Origin: the human T2T-CHM13v2.0 reference genome, Homo sapiens
Assembly: GCF_009914755.1 (NCBI RefSeq)
Contig: NC_060941.1
DNA: 64,000 nt
Strand: one strand, 5' to 3'
Below are positions 13,156 to 27,190 of this stretch, in pieces. The translations under genes and the position numbers were made by a program. Numbering within the stretch: position 1 is the stretch's first letter; each line of letters begins with the position of its first letter. The notes beneath the pieces are model-generated. The model searched no databases, was not told where the DNA came from, and saw only the letters and a list, made by a program, of their open reading frames with translations.

Positions 13156-13200
13156 TTTTTTTTGAGACAGGATCTCGCTCTCTCACCCATCCTGCAGTGC
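13156..13200 (-). mobile_element. Micro-Alu (last ~37 nt plus T-tract) with TSD
   Basis: T8-gagacaggatctcgctctctcaccca..tgcagtgc flanked by ataaatgca at 13146-54 and 13201-09. Confidence 0.8.
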
Positions 13201-14859
13201 ATAAATGCATTTAAATAGTGAATGCCATAAAAAGAAATTTTCAGGAGGAAAACAATGCATGGAAAGAAAAGCTCTAGCTATATTTCAAGTTAACAAATAC
13301 GGAAAAAGCGATCTTAAGAATTAATAGCCTCATTATATATTAATACTTCTAAAACTAAGCAAATTTGAAAAAACTTGGTTGGCTTTGTTTAGTAAATCAA
13401 AGTATGTAGTGTTGTAAAAGAATAGGCATTTAAAGAAAATATATCTTTACTAAAATCCAAATGGGGAAAATATGCAATGCACCAAATTCTAAAGGATGTA
13501 TGATGGTTCAATCAAAGGAACATGGAAGTTACAAGGCAGCTGAGTTGAAGATCAAAAATGAATTCTTGGCTTAGAGAAGAGGTAATAAAATGACAAAATC
13601 ATTTTATCTGTGATGTGGTGCATGGTCTTTGGAGACAGACAAATGTGGAGAGGAATACACAAGGTCTCTGTGATCTTTTGCCAGTTGATTATCCAGTTGT
13701 CATGAAGGCTAAATGACAAATAGATATACTATCATTAGTCCCCAATAAATATCACTCCCTTTCTCATTTTCTCCATTCATTCCTCTTTCCTCCATTTCAC
13801 AGCTATATCCTTATTTTCACACATGACCAACAAAAGAGACAGCAAGCAAAACAAAGATCCTCCAAAATTACCTTAAAAGACCCAAAATAAAAAGAGCTCA
13901 CTCTTCAAATCAAAAGGGACAAAGAAACCATGAAAGGTATTCATTCAAGTGAGGCTTAGAGGCTGTGGGGCGAAGAAATACACGGATGTCCAGAGCTGCC
14001 TTATGCAGACAGAGTATTTTGCAAATCTGTTCCAGGCGTCTGCTGAGGTTTCTGCCTCCTTCAGGGAATGTATTGCCGTCATTAATGCACACTGACTGGT
14101 ATGCTTTCCCTCCAACTGGTTTTGCAGAGAAGTAGGCAGCATGCACCCTCATAGGCAAGATGCAAAAGGAGAGCAGAGAGGCAGGATGTCCATGTATATG
14201 CAGAAACCTTGCCCAGAAGATGACTTATTACATTAAAGGTGATCAAGCTTGGGAAGGAACCATGAAAACTCTATTATGCTGTTAGGAATATTCACAGCCA
14301 AGTATGTGATAAACTGCACCCCTCCCTTGTTTCTTGCCAAACAGGCTGATGTGCTGTGCTGCTTATGATTTAAAAAAAAAAAAACAACAACAACAGTGTT
14401 CTATGGAGCCCATTCTTAGAATGCCAAAGATCATGACAAGTCCCAGATCTTCTGAGCCAACCCAAACCTGGCTGGTCTCAGAGATGGATGATATAGCATC
14501 CTGGAGCTGGCCCAGTGTTCCTCTCCAAATGGATTCAGGAAATGCACTGAGCGCTGACAAAGCTTCCTCCCAAGGTTGTGAGGCTGTAATGAGAACACAT
14601 CCGAATTTCCCCCCAGGGAGGCTGCCAAGAACTCAGAGGAGTGGGGAAGGAGTGTCTGGACCACGGGATGGCTGTGAGGGAGATAAGCTCCAGCCCTCTA
14701 GAGTTGTCGATCAGGGATTTAGAGGGACTTAGAGAGAATGAAAGCACTCAGAGAAATAAACCTTTCATAACCATCTTTAGGGCAGGCAGACATAAGAATT
14801 AAAGAGTAACAAAGATCTTTGCTCTGACAGAAGAGCCCAGAAAGCTTAAACCATAGCAA

Positions 14860-15055
14860 CCTTGGTAATAAGTGTACCAGATGCTATGCCGAACTCTACA
14901 TGCATTATCTCATTTAATCTTCATGATGTCCCTGTGATTGGCACTGTTATCATATCCATTTTACAGATGAGGAAACTGCACCTTAGAGAGGTTATGCAAC
15001 TAATCTAAGACCAACAGCAGTGAGTTTTGAAACCATCACTAGATACTGCCTCTCC
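14860..15055 (-). mobile_element. MIR
   Basis: tctcatttaatcttca...ccattttacagatgaggaaactg. Confidence 0.85.
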
Positions 15056-15149
15056 ATTGAAGATAATCTATTGCCTAACAAGGTGTTTAGCACACTGTAA
15101 GCATTCGGTAAATAATTATTAATGAAATAAATAATCAACTAATGTTGAA

Positions 15150-15285
15150 TATGGCAGAATAAGGTCAGCACTGGATTAATGAAGACCTGCACTAACTGGC
15201 TGTGTAACTCACGGTAAGTTGCTGGATGTGTCTGGGTCACATTGTCCTCATCTGAAAAGAAGAATTTAGACTATATGCTCCCTGG
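15150..15285 (+). mobile_element. MIR remnant
   Basis: cactaactggctgtgtaac...tcctcatctgaaaa. Confidence 0.55.
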
Positions 15286-16734
15286 GAAATATGGCATGAT
15301 GAATAAGTCATATGGAGAGCCAGCATTTAAAAGAACCCATGCATCAAGTCTAAACCAGAGTCCCCATTGTAATTCTGACCCATGTTCCAGCTATCTGAAA
15401 TTGCTTCTCTCTCCCTAGAACAGTGATACCTGGGAACTGGACAGACACGCACCTCTTTCTCTCCAGAGCACCTTATGGAATAGTAGCAGAGGGCACTGCC
15501 ACTAACAGAAGGGCCCTTTATTAGAGCTGCCATTCCATTCTCAGTGACTGCATTCTCCTCTTTGTCTCACTCAAAAAGCACTGTGGCCACTCCTGATTTT
15601 AAAGGATCCCACAAAGAATTTTCTTACCCTGGTTCCTGGCAATTGAAGTGCAGAGATCCTTTCTACCAAAGTGATTCCATAATGACAGCAACCATCTATT
15701 AGAATGGTCTCAGAGCAAAACTATGTTCTTAAATGCTTTCCGAGTTTCCTCTTCTTTCCGTTAAAATTTCTTTTTGTCATTAAAAGGCATTAAGTAAGAG
15801 CTTGGGCAGAACTTGCTGAACTGCAGAATTGGTTGCTTTTGTATCAATTCTTACTGTACCCAGACATTATCCGTATTTCATTCTTTTTTTAGTCACTGTC
15901 TGCTTCCAGACCTGTTCATTCTCCTCATCTACCCAGTCTCCATCAAAGCCTGCCACCTCTGGGAAGACTTTTCTGAGTCCCTCAAGCAGATGTGGGCACT
16001 TTTTGTAGGAATGAATTATACTTGAGGCTAGAATCCATGATTTCTCCCCTTTGCGTGCTCAGTACCCAGCAGAAGGCCTGATGCAAGGGGGACATAGAAT
16101 ATATATTTGGCAAAAAAAATGCTGAAAGGATGCTTCAAAAAACCAAGTAAAACATTAATAGATTAAATGAAAAGTAAATTATGAGAATATATATTTTTTA
16201 GTAATGGTTATCAAAGAGTCTACATCCAGACAATAATTACACTGATGACCACTTTTCCTCTTTAGACTTTATAAAATGTGTGACTTGAACAAGCCCTGTG
16301 TAAGTTGAAGCTAAGGACAGATAGTTTATCTAAGAGAGAGAAAGATGGATTTTCTGAAAATCCAAATGCATTTGCATCAGAGCTTACTTTGAGCCTTAAC
16401 CCAGTTCCAACAAATGGATGAAAGGATCAACCTTTCCATCAACAAGCATCTACAAGAAACAGGCTGCCCATCACTGCCCTAGATCTCAGAGACGAAGTGA
16501 GGCCACGGTCAAGTTACGTGCCCCAGATGGAAGGAGACAGTTTAGTCTGAAAGAGTGAAGGCTGAGTTATGAAGTAATTCTTGTTGAAAATAAACCTATA
16601 CAAGTAATTAAATTTGGAATATCAGTCCTCTCTGACATTGGCCAGTTCTGTGGCCCTATTCAAACAAGATTACGCTCTGAAAAACAGATGCTAGACGAAA
16701 AATATGAGAAAGTATAAGAGTCATCTATGTGCTA

Positions 16735-16925
16735 CCCAGGTGGTGTGATTCAGTGGGAAGAGTGACTGTAAATTGGATTAAACCTGGGTTAGAATCCTAG
16801 CCTTGCCCCACAGTACCTCTTAGTCATGCCACTTACCTTCTGAACATCATTCTCCTCTCTAGAAGAGTAGAGAAAATAACACTTATTATATATTGTTGAA
16901 AGTAGGCAGTTCAGTAAGTGTTACT
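16735..16925 (+). mobile_element. MIR
   Basis: gtgggaagag...acctgggttagaatcctagc...ccacttaccttctga. Confidence 0.6.
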
Positions 16926-17094
16926 TTCCTTTCCTCTAGGCAGTAGGCCACTGGAGAAAAGAATTGATAGGGAAACTTTCTAAACGGGGAAAAAATTGGC
17001 TAGATTTCCAAGTGGGGAAATTTTACTGTTGGGATAATTTGGTTTTAGAAAGGAATACTGAAGGTAGGAATCCTCAAGAATTGGAATCTCTAGT

Positions 17095-17340
17095 GAATCA
17101 CTTTAATTCTACAAATACTTATTGAACACCATAATGTGACAGGTATTGTCCTGAACCCAAGGATACAGCAAGGAACAGAACAATCCCTGCCCTCAGAGAG
17201 CTCACAAGCTCTCAGGAAAGATATTCATTAAATGTCTGCATGTGTGATGAGCATTTTGAAAGGGTTCCAGGGAAGCATAGGGGTGCACAAGACCTCATGT
17301 ATACTGTCAAGGATGGCCTTATCTGAGAAAGATTCGTTGA
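17095..17340 (-). mobile_element. L2 3' end
   Basis: acaaatacttattgaacacc...tccctgccctcagagagctcaca. Confidence 0.75.
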
Positions 17341-18014
17341 TGCTAATAATGAATGAATAAGTAGGGATACAATGGTCAATTTCACATTCCCCACCACCAC
17401 TATTCATATGCCACAGATATGTCTGACATTCCTGCTACATGCCAAGCCCTGAAGAGACAGAGATAAAAGAGAAACTATAAAGTCTGTGATCTCCCAAGGC
17501 CTCAAACCCCACAGAAGAACAAAAGTAATTGCATAGATGCCAAATAATATCATAAATAAAGGGTTTTGAAAACAAAGGAAGGAATGGTGGATCTGCTCCC
17601 GAGGGAGATAATAAGCATGCCAAGGAGGAGATCCAGCATTGTGGTTTGGGTGGCAATTTCCACGCTACTCCCTGAGCTTTTACACTGTGTATATAAGTGA
17701 GACCTGCAGTGCCAGCTGGTATTGTTAACAACTCAAGGCATTAATGTAATACAGTGATGCCCTCAGAAAAAAAATAGAGCTGATAAAGAAATTAACGTGT
17801 TCAAAAATACACACTTCATCTGCTGACTTGCTCACATTTCCTTCACACATGGTGGGGTTTACTCAGAGCCAGAGAGAATGACCGTAGCAGTAAAGTGAAA
17901 CTCACAAGTGATAGTCAGGGGAAAGGCCAATCCCCACCCTAGCCTCATTTACTGAGCAACTGGAGAGCTTCCATTTTCAGAGCCCTTTCCAGTCTTCAAA
18001 GTATCTTCATATTC

Positions 18015-18185
18015 CAATTTTATTGGTTCTTCCCAACAAATCCTAAAACAAGGAGTGCAGATCTTTTATTCCCATTATACAGATGAGGAAGCTGAAACTC
18101 AGGGTAGATAGGTTCTTTCTAGAGTCATGTGGCTGGAGAGTGCTGAAGGGACTATTAGAACCCAAGTCTGATTTTCGCTTTACTG
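18015..18185 (-). mobile_element. MIR
   Basis: cccattatacagatgaggaagctgaaactcag...gaacccaagtctg. Confidence 0.75.
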
Positions 18186-18201
18186 ATCTAATACCCCAGG
18201 A

Positions 18202-18302
18202 CAGGGCTTCTCAAACTACAATGTGCATATGTGCCACCTGGGAGCCAATATGCAGAATCTGATTCATAAGTCCGGGGTGGGACCTGAGATTCTGCATTTC
18301 CA
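18202..18302. mobile_element. MER5A fragment (hAT-Charlie)
   Basis: cagggcttctcaaact...ggggtgggacctgagattctgcattt. Confidence 0.8.
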
Positions 18303-18639
18303 GCTCTGTGACACCAGCTGGAGAAAACGCATTCTTCCTGATGAAAGATAATCATAGTCTGTGTTTCCCAGATGAAATTTCTTCAAATGGTTATGACAAT
18401 GGAGGATCCTTCTTATTTTTTCAAAATACCAAATAGTGGTCCCTCAACAACTTCAACCTAAGCAATACTTATTTCCCTGACACTTCAGGGGACATAGACG
18501 TCTTCTGTTATAGTTCATCTGTCTCTGTTCTCATCCCCATCTCTCTTAGTCTCTTTCTGCATCTACCTCAGTCTCTGACTCTTTTTCTATTACTCTTTCT
18601 CATACTTGACCACCAAACTATGTCCTTGAATGTACAGTG

Positions 18640-18998
18640 TCAAGTTGAGGTGTTCTCCGATACCAACAATCAATTCTCTGATTCTCCAGGCACTAACTCA
18701 AGATATCCAGCAATTCAATTCAATTCTCACACTGCTCAGAGATAGTGCAGATCCCACAGCTTAAGAGCTCAGTCAAACAAGGCTTCCCCCAATTTCAGGC
18801 ACCAGTCAAAAATCCCAGGCCCCCTGTATTTCTGACTGATTGGTTACAAATTGTACGTTTCCACAACATCTTTCTTATGCTTGATAATTTGCTAGAACAG
18901 TTCACCCAACTCAGGAAAGTGCTTTACTTACTATTAGCAGTTTATTATAAAGGATATAACTCAAGAACAGCTAAATGGAAGTGACAAATAGGGCTAGG
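18640..18998 (-). mobile_element. MER21-family LTR fragment
   Basis: caattcaattcaattct..., gataatttgctagaac, actcaggaaagtgctttactta...tttattataaaggata. Confidence 0.75.
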
Positions 18999-19584
18999 GA
19001 TTGTGCTATATAAGTTTGTGAATTATGTAATTTAATCATAACCAAAACCAAAAGAAATACGTGCTATTGAATCCAATAAAAAATTCTGTCTGTCTGAGTT
19101 CTGAGTGAATTGATAAAAAGACAAAGGGACTAAATGTATCATCTCTATTATTGATAAACTATAGGTTGGAGGATAGAGTGTATATTTTCAGATGAATGGC
19201 TTTTCCAATACTACATCCCAGAAGTAAATAAACTCACAGGTATCCTGGAACCACAGCAGACCTCTCAATGGAAAGGCAATCCACTGTAAAATGTATGGCA
19301 TGACAGAAGTGGACTTACTTCATGTGAGCAACGTGGTGTCAAGAGGAAGAAAGGGAGGGACAATTGAATGTGCTCAATTTGAAAGTTGTTCTTCCTAAAT
19401 TAACCTATCAAGTTAGTTACTTCACCCTAAACACACACACGCCACCTTCAAAGTGTAATGAGTAAAATGGAGGAAAGAGACCAGGACTCCTACATCAATT
19501 GAGTTCCTTCTGGATGAAAGGAAATACCTGAAGAGGGGAGAAATCACTCTTTCCAAGATGTATGATTAGCCCCCACATTCATAA

Positions 19585-19775
19585 TCACTATGTGCCAGGA
19601 ATTTGCTAAACACTTTGTACATGGATTACTCATTTAGTGCTCACAGTCAGCCTCTGAAGTCTCTACTCTTAGTATGCCCATTTTACTGATGAAAATTCTC
19701 AGGCTTAGAGAGATTAACTAACTTTCAGGGGATCCAGCCAGTATGTAGTGAAGGCTGGATTCAAACCTGAACAGA
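19585..19775 (-). mobile_element. MIR
   Basis: cactatgtgccagg...cccattttactgatga...ggattcaaacc. Confidence 0.75.
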
Positions 19776-19814
19776 CACAGACACTCAAATCTTTGTCTTA
19801 TATTGCTGACCCAG

Positions 19815-19940
19815 AGGAGCCTCTCTGATGAGGAAACTGACAGTCTGAGAAATTAATTCACACAGCCAATAGTTAGTAGAGCCAGATTTCAAACCTGCAG
19901 CGATCTCTCTGACTGCAAATACCATGCACTTAACCACTGC
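19815..19940 (-). mobile_element. MIR
   Basis: gatgaggaaactga...gtagagccagatttcaaacc...gcacttaaccact. Confidence 0.75.
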
Positions 19941-20999
19941 ACAAGTGCACAAAAGATTTAATAAAAATTTGAGTGCCAACAGACTCAGAAAAGAGAAACA
20001 TGACTTTGGGTTGGAGCACTCATGAAAGCTACATAAAGGACTGGTGTTCTGAGCTGATATTTGCAGATAGGTGGCATATATTTTGAGGAAGACTTTCCAG
20101 TCTGAGGGACTAGGATGAATTCTAGATTGCTGAGCAGGAAGTGAGCTTAGAAAAGATTGAGTTCATGAGGAAGATGAGGAAACAGAGACCTGAGAGGTAG
20201 AGCGAGTAAAGGAGAGCTGAGACAACCACGTTAGATGAAAGGACCACATGCAAGGGAATCAAATTAAAGGTGAATACATGAAATGAACCTGATTATGGGG
20301 ATTTGAAAGCAGGCAAAAAAGTTTGGGTGGTAGGATTCTTGAGCACAGTTTGAGAGAGAACAACCTACTACAGAACCTGACATCAATTCTCATCATGGTT
20401 TGGAGAAGATCTCACCAGGATGTATGAAAACAAAGGAGAAGCTTGGAGAAGACCGCCACCCAAAAGGAAGGTGATGATGGCTTGAGCTAGGCAGTAAAAT
20501 ACAAGGAGAAAGGAAATGGTGAATTGAGAAGTTATCTACAGTTTGGTGAGATGAATAGTTTCAGGGAGGAAGAGGACAAAAAAAGGAAAAACAAAACAAA
20601 ACAAAACAAAAACCCCTACCAGTTTCTAAACTAAGGGGCTTCTAAATATCACTTCAAAAATTTGGAGAATTAGAAATTTGGTTTTGGAACCCTCCATCAT
20701 TTACTTCCTGGGCCTCCTCCTCTGCTTGTCTTTGCCTTAACCAAGACCTGATTTCAGAAAAAAAAAAAAAAAAAAACGTAATTAATTCCTACAGCAAGGT
20801 GTCCATGACAGGCAAGGACTAGCATCACCAATCTCAGGAAGAAGAAGCATTAACATTTAAAAGCAGGCATTTTGTAATCATCTCAGTTAGAGAAATCTAG
20901 GCATGAGCAACCAACAGAGGAAGAATTTCAGGGAAAAGAAGGCTTTCTGCAATTGGGAAGTGATGCCATGTGAAGCCTCCTATTGCATGGTGCTTCTGA

Positions 21000-21190
21000 T
21001 GCTCCAGACATTTCAGAGCACCTTACACATATGCCTGCATTCAATCCTAATAACAACCCCATGAGGCAGAAATGATAATCCTCATTCTAGAGGTACAGAA
21101 TGGACAGAAAAAGGTCATACAACTTGCCCTGAATCACATAGTCAAGAAGTGATAGAGTGAACCCAGGCAGGCTGGCTCTTAGATTAGTTC
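21000..21190 (-). mobile_element. MIR
   Basis: aatcctaataacaaccccatgaggcag...aacttgccc...gaacccaggcag. Confidence 0.7.
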
Positions 21191-21281
21191 CTGATCTCAG
21201 ACTGAGAAGTTGGGGCAATATGAAAAATATTGCATCAGCACTTTAAAACATTTTTAAAATAGTAGGCATTCTTATTTGTGT

Positions 21282-21339
21282 GTGTATGTGTTGTGTATAT
21301 ATATATAAATATGAATATACATATACACAACACATACAC
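21282..21339. repeat. Perfect 19-bp inverted repeat in a TG/TA/CA microsatellite
   Basis: gtgtatgtgttgtgtatat (21282-21300) is the reverse complement of atatacacaacacatacac (21321-21339). Confidence 0.95.
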
Positions 21340-21903
21340 TATTCCGGAACAAGGGAACAAAGTAGCAGTGAGGAATCTAGAGCTCCTCCTATTTGGCCTG
21401 TCCCCCATCCCGCATTGCTGCCTCTAAAGCAATGGAACCACCTATGTGGTTGCATGGAACCGGTCTAAATATGATTACATGCAAAGCAGCTAATACTCGC
21501 CCCTCCTACTGTCTGTTAATGACTAGATTAAGAAAATGTTGTGGGATCTTTCACCTTCTGCCTCAACTAAATTTACTTTACTGATGCAGACAGACAGAAG
21601 GCACAAGCATCAATCATAGGTTCCAGAAGGTCAGAGGCCAAGAGAACAAAAGCTAAGAGGCAAGGCCATACCTGAACCCTGTCCAGTGGAGAAATGTCAG
21701 GCCTTTTATATTCTAGTTCACTTTATATATCACTGGTGGAGAAAGGTAGAGACAGGTAGAGCAGTGTGAGTTGCATGTTTCTAGGGGCACCATTTACATA
21801 GAAGATCATTTGAACAGTACTCTTTGAGTGGAAGAGCCAGGGTAATGAGCTGACACAGCCCAAGTAACAAGCAATCAAAATGAAACCTAGACATCAAGTA
21901 CTC

Positions 21904-21959
21904 ATACCTGTGCATACCACCTAAATATCAATACCTGTGCATACCACCTAAATATCAAT
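21904..21959. repeat. Perfect 27-bp tandem duplication
   Basis: atacctgtgcataccacctaaatatca x2. Confidence 0.97.
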
Positions 21960-22379
21960 CTGGACCAAGCAAGGGAGGGATGGTGATTTGGTTGAAACAA
22001 ACAGTCCTATTAAAGCAATGAGTGAGAAATGTTAACATCTAGGTCACCTTATGGGTCAACAGTCAGCGTGTACATTGGTTAGGTGAGCACCCCTGGGCCA
22101 ATCAGCAGAGCCCAGATGGCAGATAGCTACCATCCACCGGGCAAATTATGCAGAAGGAACGCCTAGATGGGACTGGGGAGTCCAGAGATCTTATGAAGTT
22201 CAGTCCTTCCAGTTCACCTTCATCCAGAGCTACTTTAAAGCACAGTTCAAAACCCTCTACCTCCATGAAGATGTCCCTGCTTACCCCAAATGGGAACATT
22301 GTTTCCCTTTTATATAAGCCTTCGTAACAGTTTGTATTTCTTTGATGTATTTCCCCTCTTTAGCCCTGAACTGTGCCTT

Positions 22380-22671
22380 TTAATTTTTTAAATTTTTTAT
22401 TTATTTTGAGACAGGTCTCACTCTGTTACCTAGACTAGAGTGCAGTGGTGTGATCAGAGCTCACTGCAGCCTCAACAACTCGGACTCAAGTGGTTCTCCC
22501 AACTCAGCTTACTGAGTAGCAGGAACCACAGATGTGTACCACACACCGAGCTAAATTTTTTATTTTTATTTGTAGGAATTTTGCCCAGGCTGGTCTTGAA
22601 CTCCTGAGCTCCAGTGATCCTCCCATCCTGGCCTTTCAAAGTGTTGGGATTACAGGTGTGAGCCACTGGGC
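22380..22671 (-). mobile_element. AluJ
   Basis: Diverged dimer with T-rich tail, agctcactgcagcctcaac. Confidence 0.9.
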
Positions 22672-22699
22672 TTTTTAAATGCATATCTCTTCTTTTCTG

Positions 22700-23020
22700 C
22701 ATTAGGCTGTAAACTTCTTGAGGGCAGGGGGTATGTCTTATTCATCCCTGTATCCCAGTGGTTCTCAACCAGCAGAGATTTTTGGTTGTCACAGTGTCAG
22801 CGAGAGAGGAAGGAGGTGCTACTGGCGTCTAGTGGGTAAAGCCCACAGATGCTGCTGAACATTCTATAGCTCACAGGACAACCCACTCTCCCCAATATCC
22901 TGTATGTCCAAAATGCCAACAGTGTCCAGCTTCAGAAATCCTGCCATATCCCTACTGCTTGGCACATAGTAGGTGTTTGATAAATGTTTGTTCAGTGACT
23001 AAGTGGATGAAGGAATGGTT
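22700..23020 (+). mobile_element. L2 3' end split by MER20
   Basis: ctgtaaacttcttgagggcagg...gtatcc [MER20] ggcacatagtaggtgtttgataaatgtttgtt. Confidence 0.8.
22756..22943 (+). mobile_element. MER20 (hAT-Charlie)
   Basis: cagtggttctcaacc start, gtgctactggcgtctagtgggta core, 8-bp TSD ctgtatcc/ccatatcc. Confidence 0.85.
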
Positions 23021-23169
23021 TGTATTTTCTTAAGTAGTTTACCTCTTCTCTGAACCCCCTCAATATGGGTTGGCTCAGCAATGACTTGATTGGTAGTCTC
23101 AGGAGAGCTGGTCAGTCAGGATGACCTGCATGTTTTTCAGATGTTACATGATTCATCTGCTTCTTTCTC

Positions 23170-23708
23170 CCCTGCAATGGCTCTCCATTGCCTAGAGATC
23201 AAAATTCATACTCCTAAGGATAGCAGACAAGTGCCTCCGTGATCACTATCTGCCTAGCACGTACCATTCCCTGCCACACACCCCATACTCCAGCCAGCTC
23301 CACCAAATTATATTCCACTTCCACGTACAGCATTATTCAGAATCCTCATAGCTTTGCAAAACATCTTCCCTTTGTGTAAAATTTTCTATTCAACCCTACA
23401 CTGTATCAACTTGTTGAGCTTTCATTCACCCAGTTGAACTTGTCTGTTTTATTTTTATGTATTCCCTTACTCACCATAGAGAATTGATCACGTATTCTTC
23501 TGTGATCTTCTCTTGTGTCCACTGCTCTGGTAAATAATTTGTATGACATTATATTGCAACTACTTGCATGTCTGTTCCCCACAACTAGACTGTGGGCTCC
23601 TTTAAGATATACATCTCTCCAGCATCCATCACCATTCCTAGCACATAGGAAGTACTCAGTAACTGTTTTATGAATGAATATTTAAATAATGAATGAATGG
23701 ATGAATGT
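23170..23708 (+). mobile_element. L2 3' region
   Basis: aatggctctccattgcct, actagactgtgggctcc, cctagcacatagg and (gaat)n tail. Confidence 0.75.
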
Positions 23709-23989
23709 TCTAAGAATAGCCCACCTCACCCTAGAATAGACTTGATGACAATTCTCTGAAGTTTGAGGTCTAAACCCACAGGTATTGGACAAACCAGTTG
23801 GATCTGCAGAATGACATATAAATAGCCAAGTCATAACAATGTCATGATGAAGAGCATGCATTCATTCCAACATGTTTCTAATAGATCCAGCCAACATTTG
23901 AATGAAAGCCACGTTCTCTTTATTGATGGTCTTTAATATAATAAGCCAGATCCTTAGATCTATGGAAGGCAATCTGGGATGCTGCCACT

Positions 23990-24170
23990 CAGTCGTTCTT
24001 ACATCTGGCTGCACATTAAAATCACCTAGAAAACTACTGACACATTAAAACAATTAGGCACCTCAACGCTAAACAATTAAATTAGAATCTCTGGGGGATG
24101 GGAAGGCAGGCATGATTTAAAAACAAACTCCCAGGTGATTCTAATGTGCAGACAAGATGGAGAACTGTTG
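23990..24170. mobile_element. MER5B-like (hAT-Charlie)
   Basis: ggctgcacattaaaatcacct ... ctcccaggtgattctaatgtgcag inverted ends. Confidence 0.75.
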
Positions 24171-24403
24171 TGTGGATCTTCTTAGCTCTGCTTAGAGGGA
24201 ACACTCCAAAGACTTAAGTGGACATAGGAAAATGCAATTCCCCTCAACATGAAAGTGACCAATGGGAAATTTACTACTTTACCTGGAATGGGAGGGAAGG
24301 CAGGACATTTCCCCACATTGGGAACCAAGCCACCAAGCCTATGGCTTTCACTAGACAACGTACAGTGGAAATTCCTGATTTCTTTTAGAAATTCAGGCTG
24401 AGT

Positions 24404-25338
<935 letters not shown>

Positions 25339-26689
25339 GTGGGAAATACAGGATGCATGAGTGGGCTGTGGCTGCTTCTGTATGCCACATTGAACTAATG
25401 ATAGAGATCTTAAACTTTAAAAAAAAAGTTTTATTTTGATGAGAGATTCTCAACTAGGGGTGCACATAAAAATCATCAAGATAGAAGTCTGAAATCAAGA
25501 TTTCTCTGGAGATAGAACCCATGATTTTTTGTTTATCGTAAATTCCCCATGAGTAATTTTTGGGATTCACTCCTCATTAAATATAACGACTTTAAATGAA
25601 GCAGATCTGATATAAAATCGATTCACCAATTCACCAAACTTATCTGAGAAATATCAGCACCCTTTTCTCAACGTACAGAATTCTTGCTTTGAAATGGTTC
25701 ACTTCCAAAGACATTTACTCCTAAACAAACTAAAGAGTATTACTCAGAAACCATTGTGGCATACGACTCCATCCAAGACATGAACTGCAAGTAGGCAATG
25801 TTCTGTTAATAATGCCAGCATCTGCTCTGTGTTTTCAACTGGAAAGCAAGTATTTCCCATCCAACTCCACCAATTCACTCTTTGGAGTACTATAAAGGCT
25901 CTGACACAGTCTTTCTATGCCAATGGATTGGGTTGGCCATTTACAATTACTAAGATTAATTTACAGAAATATTTAATAAAAAATCTTTCAAGAAAAAAAA
26001 GACTTTGAGATGCTGATAGATCAGAGCATGGCATATGCAGCTAACATCACATCCATGCCAATGGCTATTTGCCATGCTGTTTTAGGTCTACATCTGCTGC
26101 TGGTTAGCAAAAATTACATTCACAGCTGTCCAGATGAATCAAATGTCCAATTAGCATTTTTTGCTCAGTGACAGGATTCTGCCCAGAACAAAAATTTTAA
26201 AACAGAAAGCACAACAGAACAGAGTTTTATTCATATTCTTGCTGAAAACAGTACTCTGTGAATTCTTGAATGTTTTAGAAAAAAAATTATAGGAAGTGAT
26301 CAAAGTCCTCCAACAATGTGTTTTTCCCCTAGATGCAGTTAAGTTCAAAGAATTTTGGTTCATTATATGCATGCTTTCCTGATGAGAAGCCTTGGTCTGT
26401 TCTTTCCTGTTTCTCGATTCTGAAAGACCATCGCCATCGTATTTGCCATCCACTACAAATGGAAGATGGAGTGACCTTCTGCTAATAAAACCATCTCCTG
26501 TTTTCAATTTAAACTTCTAACGTGACAGGAAAGTGAATTCATCCTAATCTTCAGATTTCCCTGAGTGGTAATAATCAGAATTTATTTTATACTTATATGT
26601 TCAAGTATGTTAAGGTACTCAGCAAAATAACTAGAATTCTAATGCAAGAAGACTCACAGTAGAATAACCCAAGATGAAATTTTTGTTCC

Positions 26690-27190
26690 TCGAGTGCTTA
26701 AAGCCTACTCAATGGTTTTCCATTTCACATAGAATAAATTACCAAGGCCCGGCATGATCTAAGCTCTAGCTGTCCCCCATTCTTACCTTGTGCTTCTCTC
26801 CTTTAGCTCATACAGACTGGCCCCATTTCAGTTCTCCCAGCCAACTTCTTCTCCACCCCAGGGCCTTGGCGCATGCCCTGAATACTTCCCCTATCCCCAT
26901 TCCTTAGAGCTTCATTTCTTTTGATAGTCCTTCCTCGGTCATATCTATCTAGCCCCACCTTCCCTCCTGTTGTAAAGCCTTTTTAAATTCCCTTCTTTAA
27001 AGTTCCTTTGTTGCACTGACCACAGTTTGTTATTTATATTTTTATTTGCATGGATTTTTTTGGTCTTTGTCTTCTAGTAAGAGGAAATCTGAAGAAAGGT
27101 AGAGCTTAAGTTACCTTTGTTCATCAGAGTATTTCCACTGCTTAGCACAGTGCTTTTTACTTAATCGCATCTCAATAAATATCAGATATC
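26690..27190 (+). mobile_element. L2 3' region
   Basis: tcaatggttttccatttcacatagaataaa, ccagggccttggcgcatgc, cttagcacagtgc...ctcaataaatat. Confidence 0.7.

Noticed and set aside
20740-20778. Orphan poly(A) as a processed pseudogene or micro-Alu
   Set aside because: No TSD and only faint similarity to an Alu end.
26151-26507. 118-aa minus-strand ORF
   Set aside because: TTG start, no recognisable domain, random-like composition.
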